Shown: positions 63,916 to 64,000 of the stretch, in pieces
How positions within the stretch are numbered: position 1 is the first letter of the stretch
Layout: each line of letters opens with the position of its first letter
Assembly (NCBI GenBank): GCA_043228905.1
Contig: JBHGNT010000003.1
Span: 310,001 to 374,000, forward strand
Direction: 5' to 3'
DNA from: Azolla caroliniana
Taxonomy: Eukaryota; Plantae; Polypodiophyta
DNA length: 64,000 bases
Translations under genes and position numbers: made by a program
The notes under the pieces: generated by a model
Seen by the model: only the letters and a program-made list of their open reading frames with translations
What the model was told of the DNA's origin: nothing
Database searches by the model: none

Positions 63916-64000
63916 GGGACGCAACACGCAGTGGCAGATTTTTTGAGCAGACTTGAGAGTGGAGAAACAGTACAGAAAGACGACGACGATTCTCCAGACG

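Overview
Eukaryotic, most likely seed-free land plant (moss-like; inference), heterochromatin-type window. About 94% of it is a nested stack of LTR retrotransposons. At least ten Ty3/Gypsy-type insertions share TGTCG...CGACA termini, a tRNA-Trp PBS (where present), 4-bp TSDs, a DHG protease motif, an FLDD RT motif and no chromodomain. There are also three Tnt1/Tork-like Ty1/Copia elements plus a solo Copia LTR (tRNA-iMet PBS, 5-bp TSDs). One Gypsy element (25970-58055, TSD CCGT) has been stretched to 32 kb by nested insertions. The first 4 kb hold a spliced, intron-containing gene with a ParB-like N-terminal (CTPase-type) fold, an array of 25-bp palindromes in its upstream region, and a divergent truncated ORF. 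Main observations: (1) all 11 readable Gypsy insertion sites are centred on CpG (NCGN); (2) a conserved, covarying -1 frameshift signal (G GAU UUU, UAG, H-type pseudoknot) lies AFTER the protease; (3) a 63-bp micro-element made only of the two LTR tips has its own TSD; (4) an intron-containing ParB-like gene sits next to parS-like palindromes; (5) a one-ended, microhomology-repaired integration; (6) an apparent capsid swap in a very young Copia. All coordinates were read by eye; no database searches were run.
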